Shown piece after piece: positions 19,997-29,301 of a stretch of DNA of 64,000 bases. The position numbers and the translations under genes are program-made. The DNA lies in NCBI GenBank assembly GCA_030694425.1, contig JAUXYI010000063.1, positions 57,150-121,149 of the forward strand. Direction: 5' to 3'. The stretch's first letter is position 1. Every line of letters begins with the position of its first letter. The DNA is from Thermodesulfovibrionia bacterium. Lineage in GTDB: Bacteria; Nitrospirota; Thermodesulfovibrionia; UBA6902; BMS3Bbin08. The notes under the pieces are model-generated. The model saw only the letters and a list, made by a program, of their open reading frames with translations, was not told where the DNA came from and did not search any database.

Positions 19997-20782
19997 ATGA
20001 TTAAGAAAGTTTTTACAATGATTGTAATCGTATTATGGTATGGAGCGGCGTTTGCTGCTCACCCGCTTATAACTGATGACACCGGGTCACAGGGCAAAGG
20101 GAAATTATTGATTGAGATGAATAGTGAATTCACACATAACAAAGAAACAGAAGAAGATGTAATCATCAAAGAGACCGGCGGTGAGGTGGCAGCAATACTG
20201 TCCTACGGAATTACAGACAATGCAGATATTGTTTTGGGACTTCCGTATCAATGGTCAAAAACTAAAGAAGATGGAGAAACGACCTCGGACGAGGACGGCG
20301 TATCAGATATGTCTTTGGAAATCAAATGGAGGTTTTTTGAAAAAGAAGGTTTAAGCCTCGCGTTAAAACCGGGGCTTACTCTGCCCACAGGCGATGAAGA
20401 AAAAGGATTAGGCAATGGAAGGGCGTCATACGGGCTTAATTTCATAACAACAAAAGAGGTTAAGCCGTGGGCATTTCATCTTAATGTTGCCTATACACAT
20501 AATGAATATAAATTGGAAGCAGACAAAGATGCCAATAGGAAAGACATATGGCATGTATCCCTTGCGACCGAAGTAGAGGTTGTAAAAAATCTCAGACTTG
20601 TTGCAAACGCCGGTATGGAAAGGAATGCCAATAAGGAATTACATACACATCCTGCATTTATTCTCGGAGGGTTTATATATTCTGTATCAGAAAGGCTTGA
20701 TGTGGATTTCGGCGTCAAAGCCGGAATTAATAAATCTGAAACAGACTATACAATTCTTGCAGGACTTGCGAGGAGGTTTTAA
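19997..20782 (+). CDS. outer-membrane beta-barrel protein (MetA-pathway/transporter-like family)
   Basis: Signal peptide and alternating amphipathic strands. Confidence 0.45.
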   Translation: MIKKVFTMIVIVLWYGAAFAAHPLITDDTGSQGKGKLLIEMNSEFTHNKETEEDVIIKETGGEVAAILSYGITDNADIVLGLPYQWSKTKEDGETTSDEDGVSDMSLEIKWRFFEKEGLSLALKPGLTLPTGDEEKGLGNGRASYGLNFITTKEVKPWAFHLNVAYTHNEYKLEADKDANRKDIWHVSLATEVEVVKNLRLVANAGMERNANKELHTHPAFILGGFIYSVSERLDVDFGVKAGINKSETDYTILAGLARRF

Positions 20783-21547
20783 ATGAAAAATGAAAAATCA
20801 TCCCGAATAAGTCGGGACAAAATTCTTTTACTTGTCACTTGTTACTTGTCACTTGTCACTGACGCGCATGCTATGCATATTTCAGAAGGCATTTTGCCGT
20901 TCAACTGGGCAGCCTTATGGTTTGCGGTTGCATTACCCTTTGTCGCTTATGGCTTATACAGGTTAAAAAAACTTTCTGCTGTTGACCTGTCGTTCAAGCC
21001 GCTCGTCGGCCTTATGGCTGCGATAGTGTTTGTAATATCCTGCATGCCGATTCCTGTGCCAACAGCAGGGACATGTTCCCATCCTGGAGGTACGGCAATT
21101 CCGGCAATATTGGTTGGTCCCTCTATTAGTGTTCTCGTTACAGCAGTTGCGCTTCTTATTCAGGCTCTTTTTCTTGCTCACGGCGGATTGAGCACCTGGG
21201 GAGCAGATATAGTCTCCATGGGAGTGATGGGAGCTTTTACAGGTTTTGCTGTCTTTAGGCTCCTGAGAAGATTTAATTTGAGCCTTGCAGTCTCAGGATT
21301 CTTTGCGGGTATCCTTTCTGACTGGGCTATATATCTCACAACCTCTGTTCAGCTCGCATCAGGCATAAGAGGTGATGAGCCTTTTACGCCGCTATTTACA
21401 AAGATAGTCATTGCCTTTGTTCCAACACAGCTTCCGCTTGGCATCCTTGAGGGAGCCATGACAGCAGGCATGGTCGTACTGCTTTACAAAAAGAGACCTG
21501 ACTTGCTTGTGAAGATGAAGGTATTAAAGCCAGAGGAGGCAATATGA
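20783..21547 (+). CDS. cbiM: cobalt ECF transporter S component
   Basis: AHA then MHISEGILP. The N-terminal leader is built from a minihairpin and a (CTTGTCA)n repeat. Confidence 0.85.
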   Translation: MKNEKSSRISRDKILLLVTCYLSLVTDAHAMHISEGILPFNWAALWFAVALPFVAYGLYRLKKLSAVDLSFKPLVGLMAAIVFVISCMPIPVPTAGTCSHPGGTAIPAILVGPSISVLVTAVALLIQALFLAHGGLSTWGADIVSMGVMGAFTGFAVFRLLRRFNLSLAVSGFFAGILSDWAIYLTTSVQLASGIRGDEPFTPLFTKIVIAFVPTQLPLGILEGAMTAGMVVLLYKKRPDLLVKMKVLKPEEAI

Positions 21548-21978
21548 AAAAACAGATTGGTTTGGCGGGATTTTTCAGACGCATTTTCGTCATTCCGCAC
21601 TTGATGCGGAATCCAGTCTTTTTTCTGGATTCCCGCTTTCGCGGGAATGACGCCTATCGGAACAGGATACACTATGGAATAACCATTTTAATTTTATCTG
21701 TTCTCGTCACTTGTCACTTCTCACTTGTCACTGCCGCCGAGTGGGGTGGTGTTGACGAATCAGTTGTGGAGAAATATGCAAAGGAGCACGGCAGGGAGGC
21801 AAGAGAGCCCTTGATAAACACTGATCAGGGAGACTTGCTTCTATTTGTGTTTTTGCTCGCAGGCGCCATCGGAGGATTTGCAGCGGGGTATTACTGGAGG
21901 GTGCTGACAGAGAACAGAGCAGAAAGCAGTAAAAACAGAACAAACACTTACGAGCCTTTAGCTCAAAAAAAGGAGTAG
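21544..21978 (+). CDS. cbiN: cobalt transport protein CbiN
   Basis: ATGA overlap with cbiM. C-terminal TDQGDLLLFVFLLAGAIGGFAAGYYW. A palindromic repeat is inserted in frame near the N-terminus. Confidence 0.7.
   Translation: MKKQIGLAGFFRRIFVIPHLMRNPVFFLDSRFRGNDAYRNRIHYGITILILSVLVTCHFSLVTAAEWGGVDESVVEKYAKEHGREAREPLINTDQGDLLLFVFLLAGAIGGFAAGYYWRVLTENRAESSKNRTNTYEPLAQKKE
21588..21650. repeat. GTCATTCCGC...GCGGGAATGAC palindromic element (RFRGND / VIPAKAGIQ-type), in frame in cbiN
   Basis: Read directly. Antisense spurious ORF at 21484..21672. Confidence 0.5.
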
Positions 21979-22055
21979 AAATATAATCCCCTTTCCCCCC
22001 TTTTCTAAAAGGGGGGAAAGGGGGGACTTGAAAACCGTTTTCGGAGCAAAGACAA

Positions 22056-22823
22056 ATGGAAATTTTTTCTGAGCATTTTAACAAAGACAACTTTCTCTCA
22101 AAAATCGACGTGAAGGTGAAGTTGCTCGTTGTACTCTCACTTTTGGTGATGGTGCTGAGTTGCACAAAAATCTTTTTCCCTATACTCATTGCTATGGGCT
22201 GTTTTTTGCTTTGCCTGAAAATGAAAATAGCGCCGCGTGTGCTGCTTCTGAGAATGGCACAGCCTTTATTTTTTGCGTTAGTGATTTTATTGCTGAAGCT
22301 CTTTTTTTCCGGCAAAGACACTATGTTTTCCATCTCACTTCCGACTTCTGACTTCTCACTTCTCACTTTGACAGGTCACAGAGACGGACTCATTGAAGGG
22401 TTAAAGATCACAAGCAGAATACTCGGCGGGGTATCGCTTGTAATGGCATTTGGATTTGCCACACCTTTTGCCGAAATCCTTGCAGGACTTTCATGGCTCA
22501 GGCTGCCGAAGCAGTTCATTGAAATAACAATGTTTGCCTACAGATATATTTTCATGTTTCTTGAAGATGCGCACACTATCTACAATGCGCAGAAAAATCG
22601 TCTTGGTTATTCGGGAATGAGAAAAGGCATGAAGTCCTTCGGCACACTTGCAGGTTCGCTCGTGATAAGGGGATTTGACCAGAGCCAGAAGACATCCGAG
22701 GCAATGATCCAACGCGGATACACAGGGGATATGCCTATGATAGATGGAAGACCATTGAGATTCGGTGAAGTCTTTTTTGCTGCGATATTCGTGTTTTTTG
22801 CAGGTGCAGTATGGATGATTTAA
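22056..22823 (+). CDS. cbiQ: cobalt ECF transporter T component
   Basis: CbiQ pattern. In-frame (CTTCTCA)n at 22340-22375. Confidence 0.8.
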   Translation: MEIFSEHFNKDNFLSKIDVKVKLLVVLSLLVMVLSCTKIFFPILIAMGCFLLCLKMKIAPRVLLLRMAQPLFFALVILLLKLFFSGKDTMFSISLPTSDFSLLTLTGHRDGLIEGLKITSRILGGVSLVMAFGFATPFAEILAGLSWLRLPKQFIEITMFAYRYIFMFLEDAHTIYNAQKNRLGYSGMRKGMKSFGTLAGSLVIRGFDQSQKTSEAMIQRGYTGDMPMIDGRPLRFGEVFFAAIFVFFAGAVWMI

Positions 22824-23788
22824 AAAGAACACAGAACACAGAACACAGACTAAAGACTAAAGATAACCCTCCCATCCCCTCCTTATTTAAGGGGGGGCAA
22901 AGGGGGGTTACCGCAAAGGGAAGTGAGGGGGGATTTAGGAATGCTTTGTCGGTTGAGAAACTCTCATACAAGTACCCTGACGGGACGTCTGCGTTGACTG
23001 ATATTACCTTTAATGTAAGGAAAGGTAAGTTTATCGGACTGCTTGGAGCAAACGGCTCCGGGAAAACAACGCTTCTTCGCGCGATGGATGGACTTATGAA
23101 GAACTTTGAAGGCGGTGTTTATCTGGAAGGGATTGATATAAGAAAGCTCACGCCGAAGCAGATTTACAAAAAGATCGGGCTTGTGTTTCAAAACCCCGAT
23201 GACCAGCTCTTTGCGCCCACTCTCTTTGAGGATGTTGCCTTCGGTCCTTTGAATATGGGTTTTGACGCAGGAGAAGTTAAGAAAAGGGTATTAAATGCCT
23301 TAAATGAAGTTGAGCTTACAGGTCTTGAAAAAAAATCCGTTCACAATCTGAGCTTTGGTCAGAGGAAGCGCGCGTGCATCGCAGGACTTCTTGCGATGGG
23401 ACATGAAATGCTTTTGCTTGATGAACCGACAGCGGGGCTTGACCCGATGGGCGAATACAGGATGATGAAGCTGCTTCAGAAATTGAACAAAGAAAACGGC
23501 GTGACAATTGTCATGGCGACTCACAGCGTGGACCTTGTGCCTCTTTTTCTTGATGAGCTTTACATCCTGAGTAAAGGCAGAATCACAAGAGGCGGCACAC
23601 CGGAGGAGGTGTTTAATGCGCCTGAAGATATGTCAAATGTTAAACTCAGGCTTCCCCACATCGCAGAGCTGATTTATAAACTGAAGCATGAAGATAAACT
23701 GGACTTTGAACGTATTCCCCTCACTATTGGTGAGGCAAGAAGGGAGATCCTGAAAATATATACATACAGAAAAGGTGATGGAAGATGA
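22811..23788 (+). CDS. cbiO: cobalt ECF transporter ATPase
   Basis: Walker A GANGSGKTT, signature LSFGQRKR, Walker B LLLDEP. N-terminal 40 aa derive from a heptamer array plus a C/G hairpin. Confidence 0.85.
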   Translation: MDDLKRTQNTEHRLKTKDNPPIPSLFKGGQRGVTAKGSEGGFRNALSVEKLSYKYPDGTSALTDITFNVRKGKFIGLLGANGSGKTTLLRAMDGLMKNFEGGVYLEGIDIRKLTPKQIYKKIGLVFQNPDDQLFAPTLFEDVAFGPLNMGFDAGEVKKRVLNALNEVELTGLEKKSVHNLSFGQRKRACIAGLLAMGHEMLLLDEPTAGLDPMGEYRMMKLLQKLNKENGVTIVMATHSVDLVPLFLDELYILSKGRITRGGTPEEVFNAPEDMSNVKLRLPHIAELIYKLKHEDKLDFERIPLTIGEARREILKIYTYRKGDGR

Positions 23789-24570
23789 AGAAAATATATC
23801 TTATTGGAATTGGGACTGGGAAGCTTGATTACTTGACTCTCCAGGCAATAGACACCATGAAAAAAGTAGACGTATTCTTTCTCCTTGAAAAAGAAGGAGA
23901 GAGGAAGAAAGAGTTTCTTAAGATAAGAAAGGAGATATTAGAAAGATGTCGGGATAGGGGGACATATAGGGTTGTAACTGCAAAGATTCCTAAAAGGAGA
24001 AAAAGCGGTAAGTCATATAAGGAAGGGGTTAAGACATGGCGTCAACAAAAAGCAGAAGTTATGACTGGATTGATTAAAGACAAGATGAAAGATAGTGAAA
24101 GCGGTGCCTTTCTTGTCTGGGGCGATCCCTCTCTGTATGATGGGCATTTAGAAATTTTACAGCATATTCTTAAAGAAGGAAGAATAAATTTTGAGTATGA
24201 GGTGATACCAGGAATTACTAGCGTTCAGGTGTTAACCGCCAAGCATAAAATCCCTTTAAACCGTATCGGGGAGACTATTGTGATTACAACAGGCAGAAGA
24301 CTGAAAGAATACTCCCCTGTCGAGATTAGAAATACTGTAGTATTGTTAGACTCTTATTCTACCTTTAAGCATTTTAAGGATGCAGATATTGACATCTATT
24401 GGGGGGGATATCTAGGGAGTAAGGATGAAATTCTCCTTTCAGGGAAGTTAAAGGACATAATTGAGGAGCTTAAAAAGATAAGAAGTGAGGCTAAAAAGAA
24501 AAAAGGTTGGCTCATGGATACATATATTTTAAGACGATCAGAATACTTGGGAAATAGCACAGAAGAATAG
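23785..24570 (+). CDS. tetrapyrrole methylase family protein, CobF (precorrin-6A synthase)-like
   Basis: IYLIGIGTG...VDVFFLLEKEG...GDPSLYDG. Family-level call only. Confidence 0.45.
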   Translation: MKKIYLIGIGTGKLDYLTLQAIDTMKKVDVFFLLEKEGERKKEFLKIRKEILERCRDRGTYRVVTAKIPKRRKSGKSYKEGVKTWRQQKAEVMTGLIKDKMKDSESGAFLVWGDPSLYDGHLEILQHILKEGRINFEYEVIPGITSVQVLTAKHKIPLNRIGETIVITTGRRLKEYSPVEIRNTVVLLDSYSTFKHFKDADIDIYWGGYLGSKDEILLSGKLKDIIEELKKIRSEAKKKKGWLMDTYILRRSEYLGNSTEE

Positions 24571-24586
24571 TTTGTGCTTATAAGTT

Positions 24587-25858
24587 GTGAGTATGACTAA
24601 AATTCATGTCATAGGCATTGGCTATAAACCACTTGATAAAGGTGCAAGGGAAGTTATCTTGAATTCATCAGTCATCCTTGCGTCCAACAGGCTTTTTGAA
24701 GTTTTTCAGGGATATAAGGAATATGAAAAAGTGAAAGATAAAGTAAAAGTGATAAACAATGTAGATGAGACAATAAAATTCATTCACTCGTCACTCGTTA
24801 CTCGTCACTCGTCACTCATCACACTTCTTGCCTCCGGAGACCCGCTTTTTTTTGGTATCGGTAGAAGGGCTGTGAGAGAATTTGGAAAAGACATCGTGAA
24901 AATACTGCCTGATCTATCATCTATTCAGATGGCATTTGCAAAGATAAAAGAACCGTGGGATGATGCATTCCTCATGAGCCTTCATGGCGGCCCTGACCCG
25001 ACAAAAAGAAGGAAGCTGAAATATGAACTAAGTGACATTTCTGAACTACTCGCTAAACATAATAAAATTGCTATCCTGACTGACAAAGAAAATAACCCTC
25101 AGAAGATTGCACAGGTTCTTAACTTGTCACTTGTCACTCGTCACTCGTCACTTATTATGTTTGTCTGTGAACGGCTCGGTTATCCTGATGAGAAAATAAC
25201 AGAAGGAACACCTGAGGAAATTACAAAGATAGAGTTTTCAGACCCAAATGTTGTGATAATTCAGAGCACAGAACACAGAACACTTAACACAGACTTAAAA
25301 TTTGGATTAACAGAAAGCGAAATTCTTCATTCTAAGGGACTCATAACAAAGGACGAGGTCAGAGCTGTAACAATTCAAAAATTAAGGCTCCCGCAAAAGG
25401 GCATATTCTGGGATATTGGTGCTGGCTCTGGATCAGTATCAATAGAAGTAGCAAGGCTTTATCCTGAATTAAAAGTTTTTGCCATCGAAAGAGACGAAGA
25501 ACAGGTTAATCATATCAAGGAAAACATGATTAGACGCAACACATCTAATATTGAAATAATAAAAGGTGATGCCCCTGAAACCCTGGCAAATCTTCCACAT
25601 CCGGACAGAGTATTTATAGGAGGAAGCGGTGGAAGGATTAAAGAGATAATAGAATTTGTGAGCAATAAGATATCGTCTGGAGTCATCGTAATAAATGCCA
25701 CTACAATAGAGACACTGAATGGGGCAGTTCAACATCTTGAGAACAATGCATTTAATGTGGGAGTCTCTGAAATTTCTGTTTCCAGAGCAAAAACCGTGGG
25801 TGGCAAAAGACACATGAGTGCTTTAAATCCTGTATTTATTATAACAGGAGAAAGATAG
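24587..25858 (+). CDS. cbiET: precorrin-6Y C5,15-methyltransferase (decarboxylating), CbiE-CbiT fusion
   Basis: N-terminal methylase domain plus C-terminal SAM methyltransferase (DIGAGSGS). Three in-frame insertions. Confidence 0.85.
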   Translation: MSMTKIHVIGIGYKPLDKGAREVILNSSVILASNRLFEVFQGYKEYEKVKDKVKVINNVDETIKFIHSSLVTRHSSLITLLASGDPLFFGIGRRAVREFGKDIVKILPDLSSIQMAFAKIKEPWDDAFLMSLHGGPDPTKRRKLKYELSDISELLAKHNKIAILTDKENNPQKIAQVLNLSLVTRHSSLIMFVCERLGYPDEKITEGTPEEITKIEFSDPNVVIIQSTEHRTLNTDLKFGLTESEILHSKGLITKDEVRAVTIQKLRLPQKGIFWDIGAGSGSVSIEVARLYPELKVFAIERDEEQVNHIKENMIRRNTSNIEIIKGDAPETLANLPHPDRVFIGGSGGRIKEIIEFVSNKISSGVIVINATTIETLNGAVQHLENNAFNVGVSEISVSRAKTVGGKRHMSALNPVFIITGER

Positions 25859-25860
25859 AA

Positions 25861-26685
25861 ATGACAGGCAAACTGTATGTGGTGGGCGTAGGTCCCGGAG
25901 ACCCCGAACTGCTGACACTAAAGGCAGTGCGGATTCTCAGGGAAGTTAAGTGCATCTGTGTTCCAAAGAGCAGGGAAGAAGGAAGCAGTCTTGCATTATC
26001 CATTGTTAAAAAAGCTATTAACATTGATGGCAAAGAGATCATAGAGGCATATTTTCCAATGAGAAAGACAAAAGACAGTAACAAGTCGCAAGTAACGAGT
26101 AACGAGTTAAAGAATAAAAAATATCCTGAAGACTTGTCACTCGTCACTGAGCCTGCCCTGAGCTTGTCGAAGGGTCACTCGTCACTGCCTTTGGATTGCG
26201 AACTGGATACGAAATGGCAGGAAACAATAGATGCCGTTTATAGCAGACTGGATAAAGGAATTGATACGGCTTTTATCACTATCGGAGATCCTACAATATA
26301 CAGCACCTTTTTTTATCTCCATGATGGACTCCTTGATCTCAATCCAGAATTAAATATAGAAATAATTCCAGGAGTATCTTCCATAAATGCCTCTGCCTCA
26401 AGGGCAAAAATATCCCTCAGTCTTGCTGATGAAAGGATTGCCATACTTCCAGCGAATTACACGACTGACTTAAAGAATGCATTAGAAAGGTTTGATACCG
26501 TTGTGCTTATGAAGGTTCATAAAGTGTTCAGAAATATATTAAATGTCTTAAATGAAACAGAACTCCTGAATAAAGCAGTCTATATTTCAAAGGTGGGTAT
26601 GGAAGATGAAAGGATAATCAAAAATATCAGAGATGTAAAAGAAGAAGACCTCAATTACTTTTCAATGGTGATAATAAGGAAATGA
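25861..26685 (+). CDS. cbiL: precorrin-2 C20-methyltransferase
   Basis: LYVVGVGPGDPELLTLKA...GDPTIYSTF. Insertion at 26080-26200. Confidence 0.8.
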   Translation: MTGKLYVVGVGPGDPELLTLKAVRILREVKCICVPKSREEGSSLALSIVKKAINIDGKEIIEAYFPMRKTKDSNKSQVTSNELKNKKYPEDLSLVTEPALSLSKGHSSLPLDCELDTKWQETIDAVYSRLDKGIDTAFITIGDPTIYSTFFYLHDGLLDLNPELNIEIIPGVSSINASASRAKISLSLADERIAILPANYTTDLKNALERFDTVVLMKVHKVFRNILNVLNETELLNKAVYISKVGMEDERIIKNIRDVKEEDLNYFSMVIIRK

Positions 26686-27437
26686 GCAAGGTCTATTTCA
26701 TAAGTGCAGGGCCTGGCGCCCCTGAGTTAATAACAATCAAGGGTAGAAAACTCCTTGATAATGCCAATGTAGTAATTTATGCAGGAAGCCTTGTGAATCC
26801 TGAACTCTTAAACAACATAAAGGCAGAAATATTTGATTCGTCAAAACTTACCCTCAATGAAATAATAAAGATTATAAAAGACTCAATAGATAAAGATAAG
26901 ATGGTTGTAAGGCTGCACACAGGTGACACCTCTTTATACAGTGCCATATCAGAGCAGATAGAAAGGCTCCGCGAATTGAACATAGATTATGAAGTCATTC
27001 CAGGGGTTTCTTCTGCAATGGCCGGTGCAGCAATACTGGGACAGGAACTCACCATTCCTGAGATAAGCCAGACTGTCATATTTACACGCCTTGAAGGAAG
27101 GACTCCTGTACCTGAAACCGAAAAGCTCAGTGAGTTGGCTAAACACAAAGCAACGATGGTGATATTTTTGAGTGCAGGAATGAGTGAAAAGTTAAGAGAC
27201 GAATTACTAAAAAGCTATCCAGAAGATACGCCTGTGGTGATAATTGAGAAGGTATCCTGGCCGGAACAGAAAATTATAAGAGGCAGACTAAAAAATATTG
27301 TTGAATTGATTAAAACTGCCAATATAAAAAGGACTGCACTTATATATGTTGGTGAGGCTTTAAGGGCATCGGAAGAATCGTTGGGCAAAAAATCAAAGCT
27401 CTACAACAAAGACTTTACACATGAATACAGAAAATAA
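26682..27437 (+). CDS. cbiF: precorrin-4 C11-methyltransferase
   Basis: VYFISAGPGAPELITIKG. No insertion. Confidence 0.85.
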   Translation: MSKVYFISAGPGAPELITIKGRKLLDNANVVIYAGSLVNPELLNNIKAEIFDSSKLTLNEIIKIIKDSIDKDKMVVRLHTGDTSLYSAISEQIERLRELNIDYEVIPGVSSAMAGAAILGQELTIPEISQTVIFTRLEGRTPVPETEKLSELAKHKATMVIFLSAGMSEKLRDELLKSYPEDTPVVIIEKVSWPEQKIIRGRLKNIVELIKTANIKRTALIYVGEALRASEESLGKKSKLYNKDFTHEYRK

Positions 27438-29301
27438 AGGCAACAAGACAGAAGTCAGAAGTCAGCCTTCAGCCTTATTTTACATAACAGACAAGGGACT
27501 TATGCTTGCCAAAAAGCTCAAAGAACTTTTCCCTAATTCACAGATGGTGAAATTTAAATCAGAGGCTGTTTCTGAGGTCTGGAGCGAGTGCAAAAATCTA
27601 ATATTCATCATGGCAGCAGGAATTGTTGTCAGGACTATCGCCCCCTTAATAAAAGGCAAAAGGACAGATCCTGCTGTTGTTGTGCTGGACGAGAAAGGGG
27701 AATATGCAATCAGCCTTTTAGGTGGACATCTTGGAGGTGCAAATAAGATTGCAAAGGAGATTGCTGATTTCTTAGGAGGCAGAGCGGTAATAACAACAGC
27801 ATCTGATGTAAATAATCTGCCAGCCATAGATTTATGGGCAAGAGAAAATAATTTAGTGGTAGAAAATTGGGATTTGCTGCCGAAAATTGGTACGCTGCTT
27901 TTAAACAAGGGTTTTTTGAAAGTCTATGCGGATATAGGTATTAAATTGACTGACAAATTACAAAAAACAGACAATCCTGAAACTGCTGACATCCTTATTA
28001 CAAACAAAAACAACCTGTTTGCTCATACACCCATTCATCTTTATTTAAGACCCAAAAATCTTATTATTGGTATTGGCTGTAACAGCGGAACATCAGCAGA
28101 TGAAATAGAAGACGCTGTTAAAAGTATACTGGCGGAAAACAATCTATCATTTCTATCGGTTTACTCCATAGCGACCATTGATAAAAAAAGCAGCGAGCCT
28201 GGTCTGATTGCATTCACTGAAAAGTATGGTTTTAAGGTTAAAACGTTCACATCCGACGAACTGAATAATGTCAAAGGTGTAGTGAAATCAGAAGCTGCAT
28301 TCAAAGCAACTGGAGCCAAAGCAGTAGCAGAGCCAGCAGCATTACTCGCATCAGGAGCAAAGAAACTGCTTGTGCCAAAACAAAGGATAGGAAATGTCAC
28401 GATAGCAATAGCACTCAAAGGCAGTAACGAGTTACAAGTAACAAGTAACAAGTTAAAAAATAAAGGCTCGTCACTCGTCACTCGTCACTCGTCACTTTAC
28501 ATCGTTGGCACTGGCCCGGGAAGCATTGAACATATTACGCCTTATGCCCAAAATGCAATAAGAAACTCCGATGTTATAGTTGGATACGGCACATATCTTG
28601 AACTAATACAGGAGTTAATTAAGGATAAAGAAGTCGTATCCACAGGCATGACGCAGGAGATAGACAGATGTAAAAGAGCAGTGGAACTGGCAATGTCAGG
28701 AAAAACCGTTTCTATCATAAGTGGTGGAGACCCTGGTATCTATGCCATGGCAGGATTGGTGTTTGAAATATTGAAAAACAGTAACGAGTTACAAGTAACA
28801 AGTAACAAGTCAGTAGAGAGTCGGGAGTCAAAAAACTCGTCACTCGTCACTCGTCACTCGTCACTTATTGATGTTGAGGTTATTCCCGGTATTTCTGCCT
28901 TAAATGCCTGTGCAGCAAGGCTCGGTGCGCCACTCATGCATGATTTTGCATGCATAAGTCTTTCTAACAGGCTTACGTCTTGGGATTTGATAGAAAAAAG
29001 ACTTGAGGCCGCTACAACGGCTGATTTTGTGATTGTGCTTTATAACCCAAAGAGCATGGGCAGGCAGGGGCATATCAATAAGGCAAGGGATATCATCTTG
29101 AGATATAGAACTCCTGAAACACCTGTGGGAATAGTAAAGTCTGCAATGAGGGAGAACGAAAAAATAATCATTACAAATCTTAAAGACATGCTTGACCACG
29201 ATATTGATATGCAGAGCACGGTAATTATCGGGAATTCGCAAACATTTTTATGGGAAGGGTGGATGATAACACCGAGGGGATATGCAAACAAAAAACAGTG
29301 A
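27421..29301 (+). CDS. cbiGH: CbiG fused in frame to precorrin-3B C17-methyltransferase CbiH
   Basis: CbiG homology to about aa 340. A repeat insertion at 28425-28500 replaces the cbiH start. Then LYIVGTGPG...GGDPGIY. Confidence 0.8.
   Translation: MNTENKGNKTEVRSQPSALFYITDKGLMLAKKLKELFPNSQMVKFKSEAVSEVWSECKNLIFIMAAGIVVRTIAPLIKGKRTDPAVVVLDEKGEYAISLLGGHLGGANKIAKEIADFLGGRAVITTASDVNNLPAIDLWARENNLVVENWDLLPKIGTLLLNKGFLKVYADIGIKLTDKLQKTDNPETADILITNKNNLFAHTPIHLYLRPKNLIIGIGCNSGTSADEIEDAVKSILAENNLSFLSVYSIATIDKKSSEPGLIAFTEKYGFKVKTFTSDELNNVKGVVKSEAAFKATGAKAVAEPAALLASGAKKLLVPKQRIGNVTIAIALKGSNELQVTSNKLKNKGSSLVTRHSSLYIVGTGPGSIEHITPYAQNAIRNSDVIVGYGTYLELIQELIKDKEVVSTGMTQEIDRCKRAVELAMSGKTVSIISGGDPGIYAMAGLVFEILKNSNELQVTSNKSVESRESKNSSLVTRHSSLIDVEVIPGISALNACAARLGAPLMHDFACISLSNRLTSWDLIEKRLEAATTADFVIVLYNPKSMGRQGHINKARDIILRYRTPETPVGIVKSAMRENEKIIITNLKDMLDHDIDMQSTVIIGNSQTFLWEGWMITPRGYANKKQ

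Noticed and set aside
21484-21672. ORFs translating VIPAKAGIQ / RFRGND-type peptides (also 10027..10212 and 41486..41833)
   Set aside because: They are translations of the palindromic GTCATT... repeat family, not genes.
21728-22366. 212-aa minus-strand ORF spanning the cbiN-cbiQ junction
   Set aside because: It overlaps cbiN and cbiQ coding sequence on the opposite strand. Its middle is just the translated C/G hairpin (VPPFPPFRKGGKG). Judged spurious.
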